A stretch of 64,000 nucleotides of DNA. Origin: Ignavibacteriales bacterium (GTDB taxonomy: Bacteria; Bacteroidota; Ignavibacteria; UBA10030). Location: the NCBI GenBank assembly GCA_016193365.1, contig JACPSI010000017.1:8679-72678 (forward strand), given 5' to 3'. Both the position numbers and the translations under genes were made by a program. The notes beneath the pieces are model-generated. The model had not been told where the DNA came from. It searched no databases and saw only the letters and a list, made by a program, of their open reading frames with translations. Positions 1 through 9,174 of the stretch are shown here, piece after piece. Position 1 is the stretch's first letter, and the number at the start of each line of letters is the position of its first letter.

Positions 1-66
1 AATGGCGCCGGAAGCAGTAGCATCCGGCTTTTGAAAGTAGGTGATTTTCAAATGAGATTCAAACAT
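1..66 (-). CDS. Possible 5' end of a gene running off the left edge (MFESHLKITYFQKPDATASGAI...)
   Basis: ATG at 66 preceded by GAGG; frame open to the window edge; co-oriented downstream of porU. Too short to identify. Confidence 0.35.
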   Translation of the reverse strand, partial: MFESHLKITYFQKPDATASGAI

Positions 67-138
67 CGTTTCCTCAAGGTTAAAGGTCATTCATGACGCT
101 GAGAAAAGCTTCGTTCAGATGTCGCCATTGGTCGAGAA

Positions 139-234
139 AAGCTTCCGAAGGTTCACCTGGAAGACTCCCGGAGTCTTACCAGGTCAACCTTTGTGAGACT
201 CCGGGAGTCTCATTTATGACCTTCGGAAGGTCAT
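139..234. repeat. Cluster of REP-like palindromes (nested pairs)
   Basis: AAGCTTCCGAAGGTT 139-153; ACCTGG-AAGACTCCCGGAGTCTT-ACCAGGT 155-184; TGAGACTCCGGGAGTCTCA 194-212; ATGACCTTCGGAAGGTCAT 216-234. Confidence 0.75.
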
Positions 235-3200
235 CGCAACACGGCCATTTTCCCAAGAACCTCGACGGACTTTTGTTGATCTTGGGTTTTTGCTATGATT
301 TTGTAAAAATACACACCGTTAGCCAGCTCGTTGCCGTCAGCATCTCTGCCGTCCCATGGGATTTGTGCAAATCTTTCGGCAAGGGCGTATGAGTTGACCG
401 TCTGTATCAGCCTTCCCGCGATGGTGTAGATCTTCAACTCTACGTCAATCGGATCGGGCGAGTTCCTCTGGAACGTGAACACGGTGTTTGAAGAAAACGG
501 ATTTGGAAAATTGACGACATGGTAGATGGCAAAATCTGTTTCCGAGCGCACTTCAAAAAAGATTTCTGATTCGGACGAATTGTTGTATGTGTCCCACGCC
601 TTTACGGTGACGGAATGCCTCCCCTCGGAGAGACTTGTGAGCGGATATCTCACCTGGCCGCTTTGATACGTATCCAGGTTACTACGGTAGTAGTCCATAA
701 GGTCGATTGGCGCCGACTGACTGCTCAAGACGGCCTGCAGGCGATGCCCGATGCCGGCGATCGAGGTGTTGATACCGTTGTCATCGAAAAGATCCACTAA
801 AAGCGTTGCGTTTGGCTTGATTAAGTCGCCGGACCTGAATTCCTGGTCTTCAAAATAGATGGAAATTTGCGGCCCAACGGAATCCGGGACCGCGGCAGAA
901 TCCGTGCTTGCGATCGTAACATTTTCTGTAAACCCGATTGCGTCCGTGGAGTCGCTCCACGCATACAATGAGATTCGGGACCTTGCTCCAAACGAGACGT
1001 CCTTTGGGAGCGGAAAAACGTTCTGGAATGAACCGTTTATTACAGAGACTTCGCCTCTGTACAGCAGGCTTCCATTCACTTCATAGGAAAATCCAAACCA
1101 TTCGTTCACAACATTCTGTCGTTTTGCATCCAGTACTTCGATAATGCCCCTGCCGTTGAAATTCGTCCACACGGCCCCGTTTGGTCGTTTGACGTTCCCC
1201 CTGACATTCACTTTCGCAAGCGATTGCATTGGAACAAGTTGCGCGGTCGTGTTCCCGTTGACAGAGTCTATCGAAGCATTCGCGCGGGGCGTATTGAGCC
1301 TGATGGTTGGGTCGGCAAACAAATGATATTTCATATCGTTAATGTCCGTGAGCAGCTGTTTTGTTTGCCACATCGCGTCACCGACGCGAGCAGAGCGGCC
1401 TAACGAATCACGCTGAAAAAGATAACCGTAGAATGTGTTGTTCAGAATCGAGTTCTGTCCGGAATACACGGCTCTCGAAGATGTCAAAAGACCGATCGCT
1501 CCTCTTTGATCCATGGCCATGAGCAATTCTCCCGAGCTTTGATCATGAGGGTCGTCGTATTGAGCGTAATTACACGTTGCCGCGACCACAAAGGCAAGCT
1601 TGTTTCCGTTCGCAAGCCGAGGGATATCGCCTTCTCGAGTGAACACAGCCTCATGGGCCCAGAGATTCGGATTACCGTGCCCCGTGTAGTTTACGATCAA
1701 TGTCCCCGTGTTGAAAGCCCCAACAATATCCGTATTGACATCCGGCTTTCGCCGACCTGTCGCGCTGCTTACCGTTGGATATTCGATCAGGTAGATTTTT
1801 TTCTGCTCAAAACTCGACGGTGTATAGAATTTTGCAAGTTCTTCAGCCTGTGCAGTGTGAAGATTTCCATCATTACCTGATGAAGTCAGCCCATCATCGG
1901 CGACAAATGTTATTCTGTTGCGCCAGGTGTCAAACGGAACAGCCGTCTCGTATGCAATAATCTTATCGACCATCGTTGCGGCTTCGCTCAGAGAACGGGC
2001 CGGAAGCCTTCCCGAAGCTAGAGAAACACGATTGCTCCCGGCGTCAAGAAACAGGTAATGGTCGTCGCTCGCATATGTATTTATCTGAAAGTTCGATTCC
2101 AAGGATTCATACGGCGGGATCCAGTTTCTCGCAGACGTTGATATGTTTTTGTAATCATAATGTCCGCCGCCGAAAAACAAAACGTATCGTGGTCGAAGCG
2201 TCCAGTTTGTTTTTGCGTATCTAAGGAAATCCCGGACTCCTATCGGGTCTGGAGCGCCGCCTGAGAATTCGTTGAAAACGTGCTCAATATTGATGACGGC
2301 TGTTTTCAAAGAATCCTGTCGCTCGCGATGTGCTTTGAGGCGTTCGGCCACGTTCAAAAATTCAGGAGGTGTAATGATGAGGAACTCGGCTCCAGGCACG
2401 ATGTTGTGAACATTCGAGTTTTGAACCCGTCGCGGATTTAACGGCGTTTTGAATCCCGAAACCCCTACAACAGCAATCTCGCTTATGCCACCCGACGTGT
2501 GAGACAACTGAAATGTTACGATTGTAGAAATCGCAGTATTAAAATCAAGTTGTACGATTCGTTTGATTGCATTGTGGGTCGTTACATCAAAAACCATCGT
2601 CTTGCGATCCGTCAAGTTACTGACGGTATATTTGACTATTGCGGTTGTGTCCGGCGATGAGAACAGCAAAAAGTCGCCTGCCGCTTCGAATAGCCGGCGA
2701 TAGTGAATTTCCACCCAGTCCAGCCAGCCCCTTGATTCCTGGTTTCCGGTTTCAAACACGACCTTCAACGTGCTTTTGTTGTTTGTCAATTCACCTGTTC
2801 GGACAAAGCTTGTCACAGGTGATCGATAAGCGTATTCTCCAATTTGATCGATTGCCCCGACATCGACAGTACCCACGATAATGGGATTCCCTAGCAGCGA
2901 GTCGCTTTCTAACAGCCGGAACGCATCAACCGTTTTTGACCGGCTAAGAACCACTGTTTTATAAAGTGTGGGCGATGTGAAGACATGCCCCGCGAGGGTG
3001 TGAACATAAACCGACGTGTTATTGAGGTTATCAAACGACTGGCCAACCCATTGACGCCCGGAACGCACAAGATTAAACCGTTCCTGCTCGATGAATAGCT
3101 TTTCCTGGAAATCCGTTGCCTCCACCCCCCCCGTAAGTGATGCCACAGAGTCCATTTGAATGCCCGCTGTATCTCCGAATGTCAGAAAATAATAACTCGA

Positions 3201-3614
3201 CTCAGTAAAATGGTTGATGTAGTGGCTAAAAGTCTTCGATGCCGGATTATAATTCCATCCGCGGGTCGCCCTGCCAAAAAAGATGATATAGTCGTCAGAA
3301 TCGAAGGACCCGTCAAGGTCATTGTCCACAACGTACCGGGCGATTTCTTCCAGCCCGTTTGGTCTGGGCACATTCAAGTTTTCCGGCAATTCCCTCCCTC
3401 CGTTTCCGAAAATCCGGACAGTGTTGATGTTCCCAATCGAACTGACCGCGATACCGGCGTCGATAAAGAATTTCTGGTCCAGTTTGTACAGGCCAGTTTC
3501 CCGTACCTCCAACTGATACCAGCTGCCTTGCGCCAGAGGAGAGTCGGAAACTTGAGCCCGCGTTGTTTGTTGCGCGATGTTTGCCAGAGCAAACACCAGA
3601 AGAATTTTTCGCAT
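231..3614 (-). CDS. porU: Type IX secretion system sortase PorU (peptidase C25)
   Basis: Signal peptide MRKILLVFALANIA from ATG 3614 (the ORF-track start at 3929 runs through an RNA leader). GLYKL and IFGNGG N-terminal motifs; catalytic YTGHG and AATC; C-terminal FPNPFS...WDGRD...LANGVYFYK domain. Confidence 0.9.
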   Translation of the reverse strand: MRKILLVFALANIAQQTTRAQVSDSPLAQGSWYQLEVRETGLYKLDQKFFIDAGIAVSSIGNINTVRIFGNGGRELPENLNVPRPNGLEEIARYVVDNDLDGSFDSDDYIIFFGRATRGWNYNPASKTFSHYINHFTESSYYFLTFGDTAGIQMDSVASLTGGVEATDFQEKLFIEQERFNLVRSGRQWVGQSFDNLNNTSVYVHTLAGHVFTSPTLYKTVVLSRSKTVDAFRLLESDSLLGNPIIVGTVDVGAIDQIGEYAYRSPVTSFVRTGELTNNKSTLKVVFETGNQESRGWLDWVEIHYRRLFEAAGDFLLFSSPDTTAIVKYTVSNLTDRKTMVFDVTTHNAIKRIVQLDFNTAISTIVTFQLSHTSGGISEIAVVGVSGFKTPLNPRRVQNSNVHNIVPGAEFLIITPPEFLNVAERLKAHRERQDSLKTAVINIEHVFNEFSGGAPDPIGVRDFLRYAKTNWTLRPRYVLFFGGGHYDYKNISTSARNWIPPYESLESNFQINTYASDDHYLFLDAGSNRVSLASGRLPARSLSEAATMVDKIIAYETAVPFDTWRNRITFVADDGLTSSGNDGNLHTAQAEELAKFYTPSSFEQKKIYLIEYPTVSSATGRRKPDVNTDIVGAFNTGTLIVNYTGHGNPNLWAHEAVFTREGDIPRLANGNKLAFVVAATCNYAQYDDPHDQSSGELLMAMDQRGAIGLLTSSRAVYSGQNSILNNTFYGYLFQRDSLGRSARVGDAMWQTKQLLTDINDMKYHLFADPTIRLNTPRANASIDSVNGNTTAQLVPMQSLAKVNVRGNVKRPNGAVWTNFNGRGIIEVLDAKRQNVVNEWFGFSYEVNGSLLYRGEVSVINGSFQNVFPLPKDVSFGARSRISLYAWSDSTDAIGFTENVTIASTDSAAVPDSVGPQISIYFEDQEFRSGDLIKPNATLLVDLFDDNGINTSIAGIGHRLQAVLSSQSAPIDLMDYYRSNLDTYQSGQVRYPLTSLSEGRHSVTVKAWDTYNNSSESEIFFEVRSETDFAIYHVVNFPNPFSSNTVFTFQRNSPDPIDVELKIYTIAGRLIQTVNSYALAERFAQIPWDGRDADGNELANGVYFYKIIAKTQDQQKSVEVLGKMAVLR

Positions 3615-3623
3615 AATAGAAAT

Positions 3624-3658
3624 AAAAAAGCCGAACAGGAAAGCCTTCCCGTTCGGCT
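3624..3658 (-). terminator. Intrinsic terminator about 10 nt upstream of the porU start
   Basis: Minus strand AGCCGAACGGGAA-GGCT-TTCCTGTTCGGCT followed by TTTTTATTT. Confidence 0.8.
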
Positions 3659-3670
3659 CAAACTTTTTTT

Positions 3671-3771
3671 GAGCATCGCCGAATTCAGTAAAGGCTTTTA
3701 CATCAAAGTTCCCGAGCGCGACATGTACTCGACTCAGGAACGAAACCTTTACCAAACTTCGATAGATACTC
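3671..3771 (-). ncRNA. Candidate structured RNA (101-nt rod hairpin), sRNA or porU leader
   Basis: Nested helices GAGUAUC/GAUGCUC, GUUUGGUAAAGGUUU/AAGCCUUUACUGAAU and GUUCCUGAGU/GCUCGGGAAC. Several G-U wobbles form only on the minus strand. A terminator follows. Confidence 0.6.
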
Positions 3772-3870
3772 CGAGTTTCTCGACCAGTGAACTTGGACAC
3801 AAGATAATGAATCGCTTCTGAAGAGTCAAGAACGGGCTCTTCAATGTGATTCGCGGCAAATACTGATGTT

Positions 3871-3916
3871 AAACCTGACAGGTCGCAAAAGAATTCCAAA
3901 GACACCTGCCAGGTTT
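3871..3916. repeat. REP-like inverted pair (ACCTG.CAGGT family)
   Basis: AAACCTGACAGGTC 3871-3884 and CACCTGCCAGGTTT 3903-3916; same motif recurs at 36317-36360. Confidence 0.7.
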
Positions 3917-4003
3917 CACTGTGGTTCATTCCGGTTTCGAATTGCGATTGGAGAAAATTTTGGCTAAATTGAGTGGGTGACTATGATTTTTGCCTCGTTT
4001 TGA

Positions 4004-5497
4004 ATGTCAAGACCCATCAACATTCTGTTCGTTTCAAGTGAAGTAGACCCATTTGCGAAGACCGGCGGTCTCGCCGATGTCTCCAGCGCCCTGCCAAAGG
4101 CCATCAAAGAGCTTGGACATGAAATTCGCATCATGATGCCCCGTTATCGCTTCATTGGCGAACGCAAATTCAAGCTTCATGATATTATCCGGCTCAAAGA
4201 AATTCCTATTCCCCTCGGGAACCAGTCGGAACTTGGCAACGTCAAATCCTCGTTTATCAGCAACATGAAGGAAAAGGTCCAGGTCTATTTTTTGGACAAC
4301 GAGAAGTTTTTCGGGCGAGACGGCGTCTACCAGAGTCCACAGAGCAAGAAAGACTATAAAGACAACGATGAACGGTTTATTTTCTTTTGCCGCGGTGTGC
4401 TGGAAACGCTCAAACGCCTCGGCTGGCAACCCGACATTATCCATTGTAACGACTGGCAAACAGGATTGATTCCTGCCTATCTCAAGACGATTTACACGAA
4501 CGACTCATTCTATAAAAACAGCAAGACTGTTTTCACGATTCACAACATGGCCTACCAGGGCGCTTTTCCGGCAGAATCATTCGGAAAATCAGGGCTTCCA
4601 AAAGCGGCTTTTAAATCAGACGGCGTCGAGGCTTACGGAAAATTCAACTTCCTGAAGGCCGGCCTTTATTTTGCCGACACGATTACAACGGTCAGCGAAA
4701 AATACGCGCATGAAATCTGCAGTTCGAACGAGTTTGGTGCCGGTTTGAATGGACTCCTGGAAAGCCGGAAAAAGGACCTCAAAGGCATCCTCAATGGAAT
4801 AGACTATCAAATGTGGAATCCGCTCTTTGATGACCACATCTACCGAAAATATGATGCGAAGTCGATTGAAGCGAAGGTGGACAACAAAAAGGCTCTTTGC
4901 GCCAAGTTCAACCTCACTTTTAAAGAGTCCACACCTGTCATAGGAGCTATTTGCAGACTCGTGGAGCAAAAAGGGTTTGAGCTTGTCCTGGAGATTCTCG
5001 ACGATATGCTCAAGCTGGACGTTCAATATGTCATGGTTGCTTCTGGAGATAAAGATCTCGAGAAGAAATTCGAATCGGCCCAGAAGAAGCACTCACACAA
5101 GCTCGGCATTTTCTTTGGGTTCGATGAAGAGCTCGCCCATCTCGTTGAAGCCGGGAGCGACATGTTCTTTATGCCCTCCAAATACGAACCGTGCGGACTG
5201 AACCAGATGTACAGCATGAGGTACGGAACAATCCCCGTTGTCCGCGCCACGGGAGGCCTGGACGACACGGTTGAAGACTATTCGGGAAACGGCAAGGGAA
5301 CCGGGTTCAAATTTGAAAAATACGACTCCAAGGAATTGCTCAAAGCCATCCACCGTGCTCTCAAAGTCTTTCAGCAGCCCGAAGAATGGAAAAAGATAAT
5401 GCGCAACGGCATGCAACGGGACTTTTCTTGGGAGCATTCTGCCAAGAAATACATCAACCTCTACAAAGACCTCCTGAAATATCATCGTGAAGTTTGA
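4004..5497 (+). CDS. glgA: Glycogen synthase (GT5)
   Basis: KTGGLADV, HCNDWQ, FTIHN, PSKYEPCGLNQM and RATGGL motifs. Confidence 0.95.
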   Translation: MSRPINILFVSSEVDPFAKTGGLADVSSALPKAIKELGHEIRIMMPRYRFIGERKFKLHDIIRLKEIPIPLGNQSELGNVKSSFISNMKEKVQVYFLDNEKFFGRDGVYQSPQSKKDYKDNDERFIFFCRGVLETLKRLGWQPDIIHCNDWQTGLIPAYLKTIYTNDSFYKNSKTVFTIHNMAYQGAFPAESFGKSGLPKAAFKSDGVEAYGKFNFLKAGLYFADTITTVSEKYAHEICSSNEFGAGLNGLLESRKKDLKGILNGIDYQMWNPLFDDHIYRKYDAKSIEAKVDNKKALCAKFNLTFKESTPVIGAICRLVEQKGFELVLEILDDMLKLDVQYVMVASGDKDLEKKFESAQKKHSHKLGIFFGFDEELAHLVEAGSDMFFMPSKYEPCGLNQMYSMRYGTIPVVRATGGLDDTVEDYSGNGKGTGFKFEKYDSKELLKAIHRALKVFQQPEEWKKIMRNGMQRDFSWEHSAKKYINLYKDLLKYHREV

Positions 5498-6116
5498 AGA
5501 CGTCGGGATTTTTTTCGATAGAGACGGCACCATCAATGTCGAGGTGGATTTTCTCAGCGACCCGACTGACCTCGAACTTATTCCCGGGGTGGCCGAGGCT
5601 CTTCGCGAGGCCAATGGATTCGGTATCAAGGTGTTCGTTATTACGAATCAATCCGGTATTGCTCGGGGCCTCTTGACGGAAAAGGACCTGGCAAAAGTCC
5701 ATCGACGGCTGGAGGATCTTCTTTCCGTTCATGGTGCACGAATTGACGAAATCTACTATTGCCCGCATCATCCCGAACTGGGAAAGCCTCCGTATAACAT
5801 TTCCTGCGATTGCCGAAAGCCGAAAACTGGCATGTTGACAGCAGCGGCGCGGAAGTTTGGCATCAATTTGTCGCAATCGTTCGTTGTCGGGGACAGATTT
5901 ATAGACATCAAAGCCGGCGAAAACGCGGGCTGCACGACTGTCCTGGTGTTAACGGGCTACGGCGAGGCGGAAAAACAGGATTGCCTCGACCGTTCACGAG
6001 TGGACTATATTGCGAAAGACGCTTCTCAGGCATGGACATACATCAAGGGCGAGATCATGAAAAAGGGGAAACTCGGCCAGAAAAGACGCCAACGGGTGAA
6101 AGGGGTCGCCGGTTGA
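5487..6116 (+). CDS. gmhB: HAD phosphatase, D,D-heptose 1,7-bisphosphate phosphatase GmhB/HisB-N family
   Basis: DRDGTIN, TNQSGIARG, CPHHP...CDCRKP and VGD motifs; GTG start overlaps the glgA end. Confidence 0.85.
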   Translation: MKFEDVGIFFDRDGTINVEVDFLSDPTDLELIPGVAEALREANGFGIKVFVITNQSGIARGLLTEKDLAKVHRRLEDLLSVHGARIDEIYYCPHHPELGKPPYNISCDCRKPKTGMLTAAARKFGINLSQSFVVGDRFIDIKAGENAGCTTVLVLTGYGEAEKQDCLDRSRVDYIAKDASQAWTYIKGEIMKKGKLGQKRRQRVKGVAG

Positions 6117-7273
6117 AATTCATCTGCAGCAACTGGGCTTCATTTTTCTTTTTCGTTTTTCTCATTGGCTGTGTGGATGATCCAAGCTCAGTTGGCGGCG
6201 CGCTCTTGCCAACAACCGACCAACCTGTCATGAAGGTCGACACCGTGTATGCTTCTTCTCACTCCGTTTCACGCGGCCTCATTAATACGTCGGGCTCTTC
6301 GAGAATCCTCGTTGGGAAATATCAATCGTACGAATCCTGGGGAATGGTAAAGTTTTCGCTACCCGATTCACTCGCCAATGTGTCGGTGACGGATGTGAAG
6401 CTTACGCTTCGGGCCGGGTACCATTTTGGCGACTCCACGGCCATGCTGTCGTTTGATGTTCTTCAAGCGAGAAGAAATTGGCTAGGGGACTCATTGACAC
6501 TGGATTCCCTGAAAACAGGAGATTACAATTATCCCTCAACTGTCGGCAGCTTGCCACCCATAGTAGTCAATGACAGCGATAATGTTCCGCTTTCACTCGA
6601 CACGACAATGGTCCGTATTTGGTTTGCCAACATCCCCGATACAAATCAGGTGAATAACGGCATCATTCTGCGGCCGACGAATACGGATGTGATTAACGGA
6701 TTAAAATCATTCAGCAGCTCGAATTCAGAAGCTCAGAGGCCAAGGCTTACGGTACACTACGTCAAAAACGGAGTGCCGGACACGATCGATATTTCGTCCG
6801 GGCTTTCACGATTCGTTGCCAACATCTCTCCTTCAGACCTCATCCAGAATCCTGAACGAATCTATGTGCAGGCCGGAATTGCTTATAACGGCTACGTGAG
6901 CTTTATTTCCACGGCTCCCGTTCCCTCCAAGGCTTCCATTCACAAGGCCGAGCTTGAGCTTGTGATGGACCAAAGCGCGTCTCGTTTGAATCCCCACAGC
7001 ATTGATTCTCTCGTGGCTTACTATGTGACACCTAGTGGCGTCAATTTCTTCTCCGGAACTCTCAGCGACACCGCGCTGGTTTCCGGGCAAAAAGTTTATC
7101 GCTTTCAAATCCAATCCTATGTGCAGGAATGGGTACGTGGCGCAACGGCCAGCGTAGCCCTTTTCACGTACTCGCAGGCGGAAGTTCTGGATCTCTTCAC
7201 ATTTTTTGGCGAGAACGCATCAAAAGAACTTCGGCCAAAAGTCATTGTGACGTACTCGCCAACACATCCATGA
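6113..7273 (+). CDS. Lipoprotein, DUF4270-like
   Basis: TTG at 6113 overlaps the gmhB stop; hydrophobic stretch and lipobox LIGC; beta-rich with RPRL/RPKV repeats; glgA-DUF4270 synteny is typical of FCB bacteria. Confidence 0.65.
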   Translation: MKFICSNWASFFFFVFLIGCVDDPSSVGGALLPTTDQPVMKVDTVYASSHSVSRGLINTSGSSRILVGKYQSYESWGMVKFSLPDSLANVSVTDVKLTLRAGYHFGDSTAMLSFDVLQARRNWLGDSLTLDSLKTGDYNYPSTVGSLPPIVVNDSDNVPLSLDTTMVRIWFANIPDTNQVNNGIILRPTNTDVINGLKSFSSSNSEAQRPRLTVHYVKNGVPDTIDISSGLSRFVANISPSDLIQNPERIYVQAGIAYNGYVSFISTAPVPSKASIHKAELELVMDQSASRLNPHSIDSLVAYYVTPSGVNFFSGTLSDTALVSGQKVYRFQIQSYVQEWVRGATASVALFTYSQAEVLDLFTFFGENASKELRPKVIVTYSPTHP

Positions 7274-8505
7274 GAATCACCAGACTTCTCATTTCCTTCA
7301 GCCTGTTTCTGACATCGTTCAGTTTTTCATCAGGCCCGACGTATTCGAGGTTCGGGCTTGGGGAGATTCTTTTTTTTGGAGGAAGCCGCATCAGCGCCAT
7401 GGGTGGTGCAGGGATAGGCTTAACCGGCGACCGATTCATAAACAGGTACAACCCCGCAGGGTTAGCACGGATATCGTTCACGCGCATTTCTGCCGGGTTC
7501 GAATATTCAAGAGTGTCATCAGAGGACAACACGGGGTCTTCCGACTATGCTCGCGGAGATTTTGCAGGACTGGGATTCGCCATTCCTATTTCACCTGCCG
7601 ATGGAATCGTTTGGTCTCTTGAATCGGCTCCCTACAGCCGTGTGAACTACGCGATTGAGCGCGCAGATAGCCAATTGGGGATTCAGTCGAAACAGGTTTA
7701 TGCGGGTTCCGGAGGTCTTTCAACCGTGAGCACGGCGTTGTCGTGGAAAGTGGTCGAAGATTTCACAGTTGGCACGAAGTTCTCCTACCTGTATGGCCGC
7801 ACCCGCCAGTCAGCCGAATTCAACTTCACAGACCCGACATTCGTCGACAGCGATATCTCCCGCTCAACGTATTACTCCGGATTTTTGTTTACGGGCGGGG
7901 TCATGTATGAGGGGATCTCCAGCGCTCTGAACATTCCCACTTTGAAATCACTCTCTTTGGGGGCAATCATCACCACGCCTGCCACGCTCTACGCGGATGA
8001 CGAAGATCTTCTTACGACCCGAACGTCGTTCGACACGACCCGAACAGCATCATCGAAGTTTGATGTACCTCTTGGGCTCGGCCTCGGGTTTTCGTATACT
8101 TTTTCCGAACGATACATTTTTACCGGGGACTACGTTACACAGCAGTGGTCCAAGACAAATTTGCCAAGACTGGGTGGAGTGGATTTCCAAAACAGTTCCA
8201 GGGTAGCGCTCGGGGTCGAGATTTTGCCGGAGCGCGAGGTTGAAACGTATATGCGGCGGATTGCGTATCGGCTCGGGTTCTCCTATCACTCAAGTTATCT
8301 CAAAGTAAGCGGAGAGCCCATCACTGAGTTTTTTCTGACCGGCGGAGTTGGATTGCCTATTGCCACGGAAGCCCGTATGAACATCGGTTTGCATCTTGGA
8401 TTCCGCGGAACGATCTCCAACAATCTTCAGAAGGATACAGTTTTCAGACTCTCTTTCTCGTTGAGCGCGAGCGAACCGTGGTTCATCAGAATCGAAGAAG
8501 AATAA
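7270..8505 (+). CDS. Outer membrane beta-barrel protein (FadL/PorV-like superfamily)
   Basis: ATGA overlap; signal peptide; YSRFGLG, AMGGAG and NPAGL motifs; C-terminal amphipathic strands and E.WF. Confidence 0.75.
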   Translation: MRITRLLISFSLFLTSFSFSSGPTYSRFGLGEILFFGGSRISAMGGAGIGLTGDRFINRYNPAGLARISFTRISAGFEYSRVSSEDNTGSSDYARGDFAGLGFAIPISPADGIVWSLESAPYSRVNYAIERADSQLGIQSKQVYAGSGGLSTVSTALSWKVVEDFTVGTKFSYLYGRTRQSAEFNFTDPTFVDSDISRSTYYSGFLFTGGVMYEGISSALNIPTLKSLSLGAIITTPATLYADDEDLLTTRTSFDTTRTASSKFDVPLGLGLGFSYTFSERYIFTGDYVTQQWSKTNLPRLGGVDFQNSSRVALGVEILPEREVETYMRRIAYRLGFSYHSSYLKVSGEPITEFFLTGGVGLPIATEARMNIGLHLGFRGTISNNLQKDTVFRLSFSLSASEPWFIRIEEE

Positions 8506-8507
8506 AC

Positions 8508-8945
8508 ATGATTGCCCTCGGCAGCGACCACGCAGGATACGAATACAAGGAAAAGATCAAAGCGATGCTTCAGGAGTTGAAATTATCATGCAAGGATTTT
8601 GGGACGAATTCAAAGGACTCGACGGATTATCCCGATTATGCTCATAACGTTGCGCAGGCGGTTTCCTCGGGCGAATGCGACAGGGGAATTCTTGTATGCG
8701 GAACGGGGGTCGGGATGGCAATTGTCGCGAACAAGCACAAAGGCATTCGTGCTGCGGTATGCGAGTCATCGACAGCGGCACGTCTCTCCCGGCAGCATAA
8801 TAACGCAAATATTCTTACGCTCGGCGAACGCATTACCGGTTGGGAAACGGCGGCAGATATCGTCCGGACGTTCCTTTCGACGCCTTTTGACGGAGGCCGG
8901 CATGAGCAACGTGTGGAGAAAATCACAAAGCTGACGAATTTGTAA
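8508..8945 (+). CDS. rpiB: Ribose-5-phosphate isomerase B
   Basis: GSDHAG, DYPD, CGTGVG, HNNAN and GGRH motifs. Confidence 0.95.
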   Translation: MIALGSDHAGYEYKEKIKAMLQELKLSCKDFGTNSKDSTDYPDYAHNVAQAVSSGECDRGILVCGTGVGMAIVANKHKGIRAAVCESSTAARLSRQHNNANILTLGERITGWETAADIVRTFLSTPFDGGRHEQRVEKITKLTNL

Positions 8946-8949
8946 TACC

Positions 8950-9174
8950 GTGAATCCAGCAGAGAACTTTAACGAAACCTATCTTCAAGTTCTTCGCACC
9001 TTGCCTGGCGAACGCCGGTTGCTTCTCTCATTCGAACTCTTCGAAATGGCGACCCGGTTAACAACGGCGGGTATACAATCCCAGCATCCAACATTTACCG
9101 AAGAAGAAGTTGCGACCGAACTCCGAAAAAGAATCAGCTCCCAGACAGGAGAAGTTGCTCCTCCTCGTTATTGA
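8950..9174 (+). CDS. Small helical protein, probable partner or antitoxin of the downstream nucleotidyltransferase
   Basis: 74 aa, GTG start, overlaps the next ORF; LR.LPGERRL...GI.SQHP...EEEV pattern recalled from proteins found upstream of such NTases. Confidence 0.6.
   Translation: MNPAENFNETYLQVLRTLPGERRLLLSFELFEMATRLTTAGIQSQHPTFTEEEVATELRKRISSQTGEVAPPRY

Noticed and set aside
139-234. CRISPR array
   Set aside because: Units differ in sequence and orientation, spacers are too short, and there are no cas genes
3671-3771. SRP RNA, 6S RNA or tRNA identity for the rod hairpin
   Set aside because: No CAGG/GNRA/AGCA SRP domain IV, no large symmetric central bubble, no cloverleaf
3615-3929. 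105-codon N-terminal extension of the PorU ORF in the track
   Set aside because: It runs through a terminator, a structured RNA and repeats; the signal peptide begins at ATG 3614
5810-6112. Upstream extension of the lipoprotein ORF
   Set aside because: It overlaps gmhB; the lipoprotein signal starts at TTG 6113
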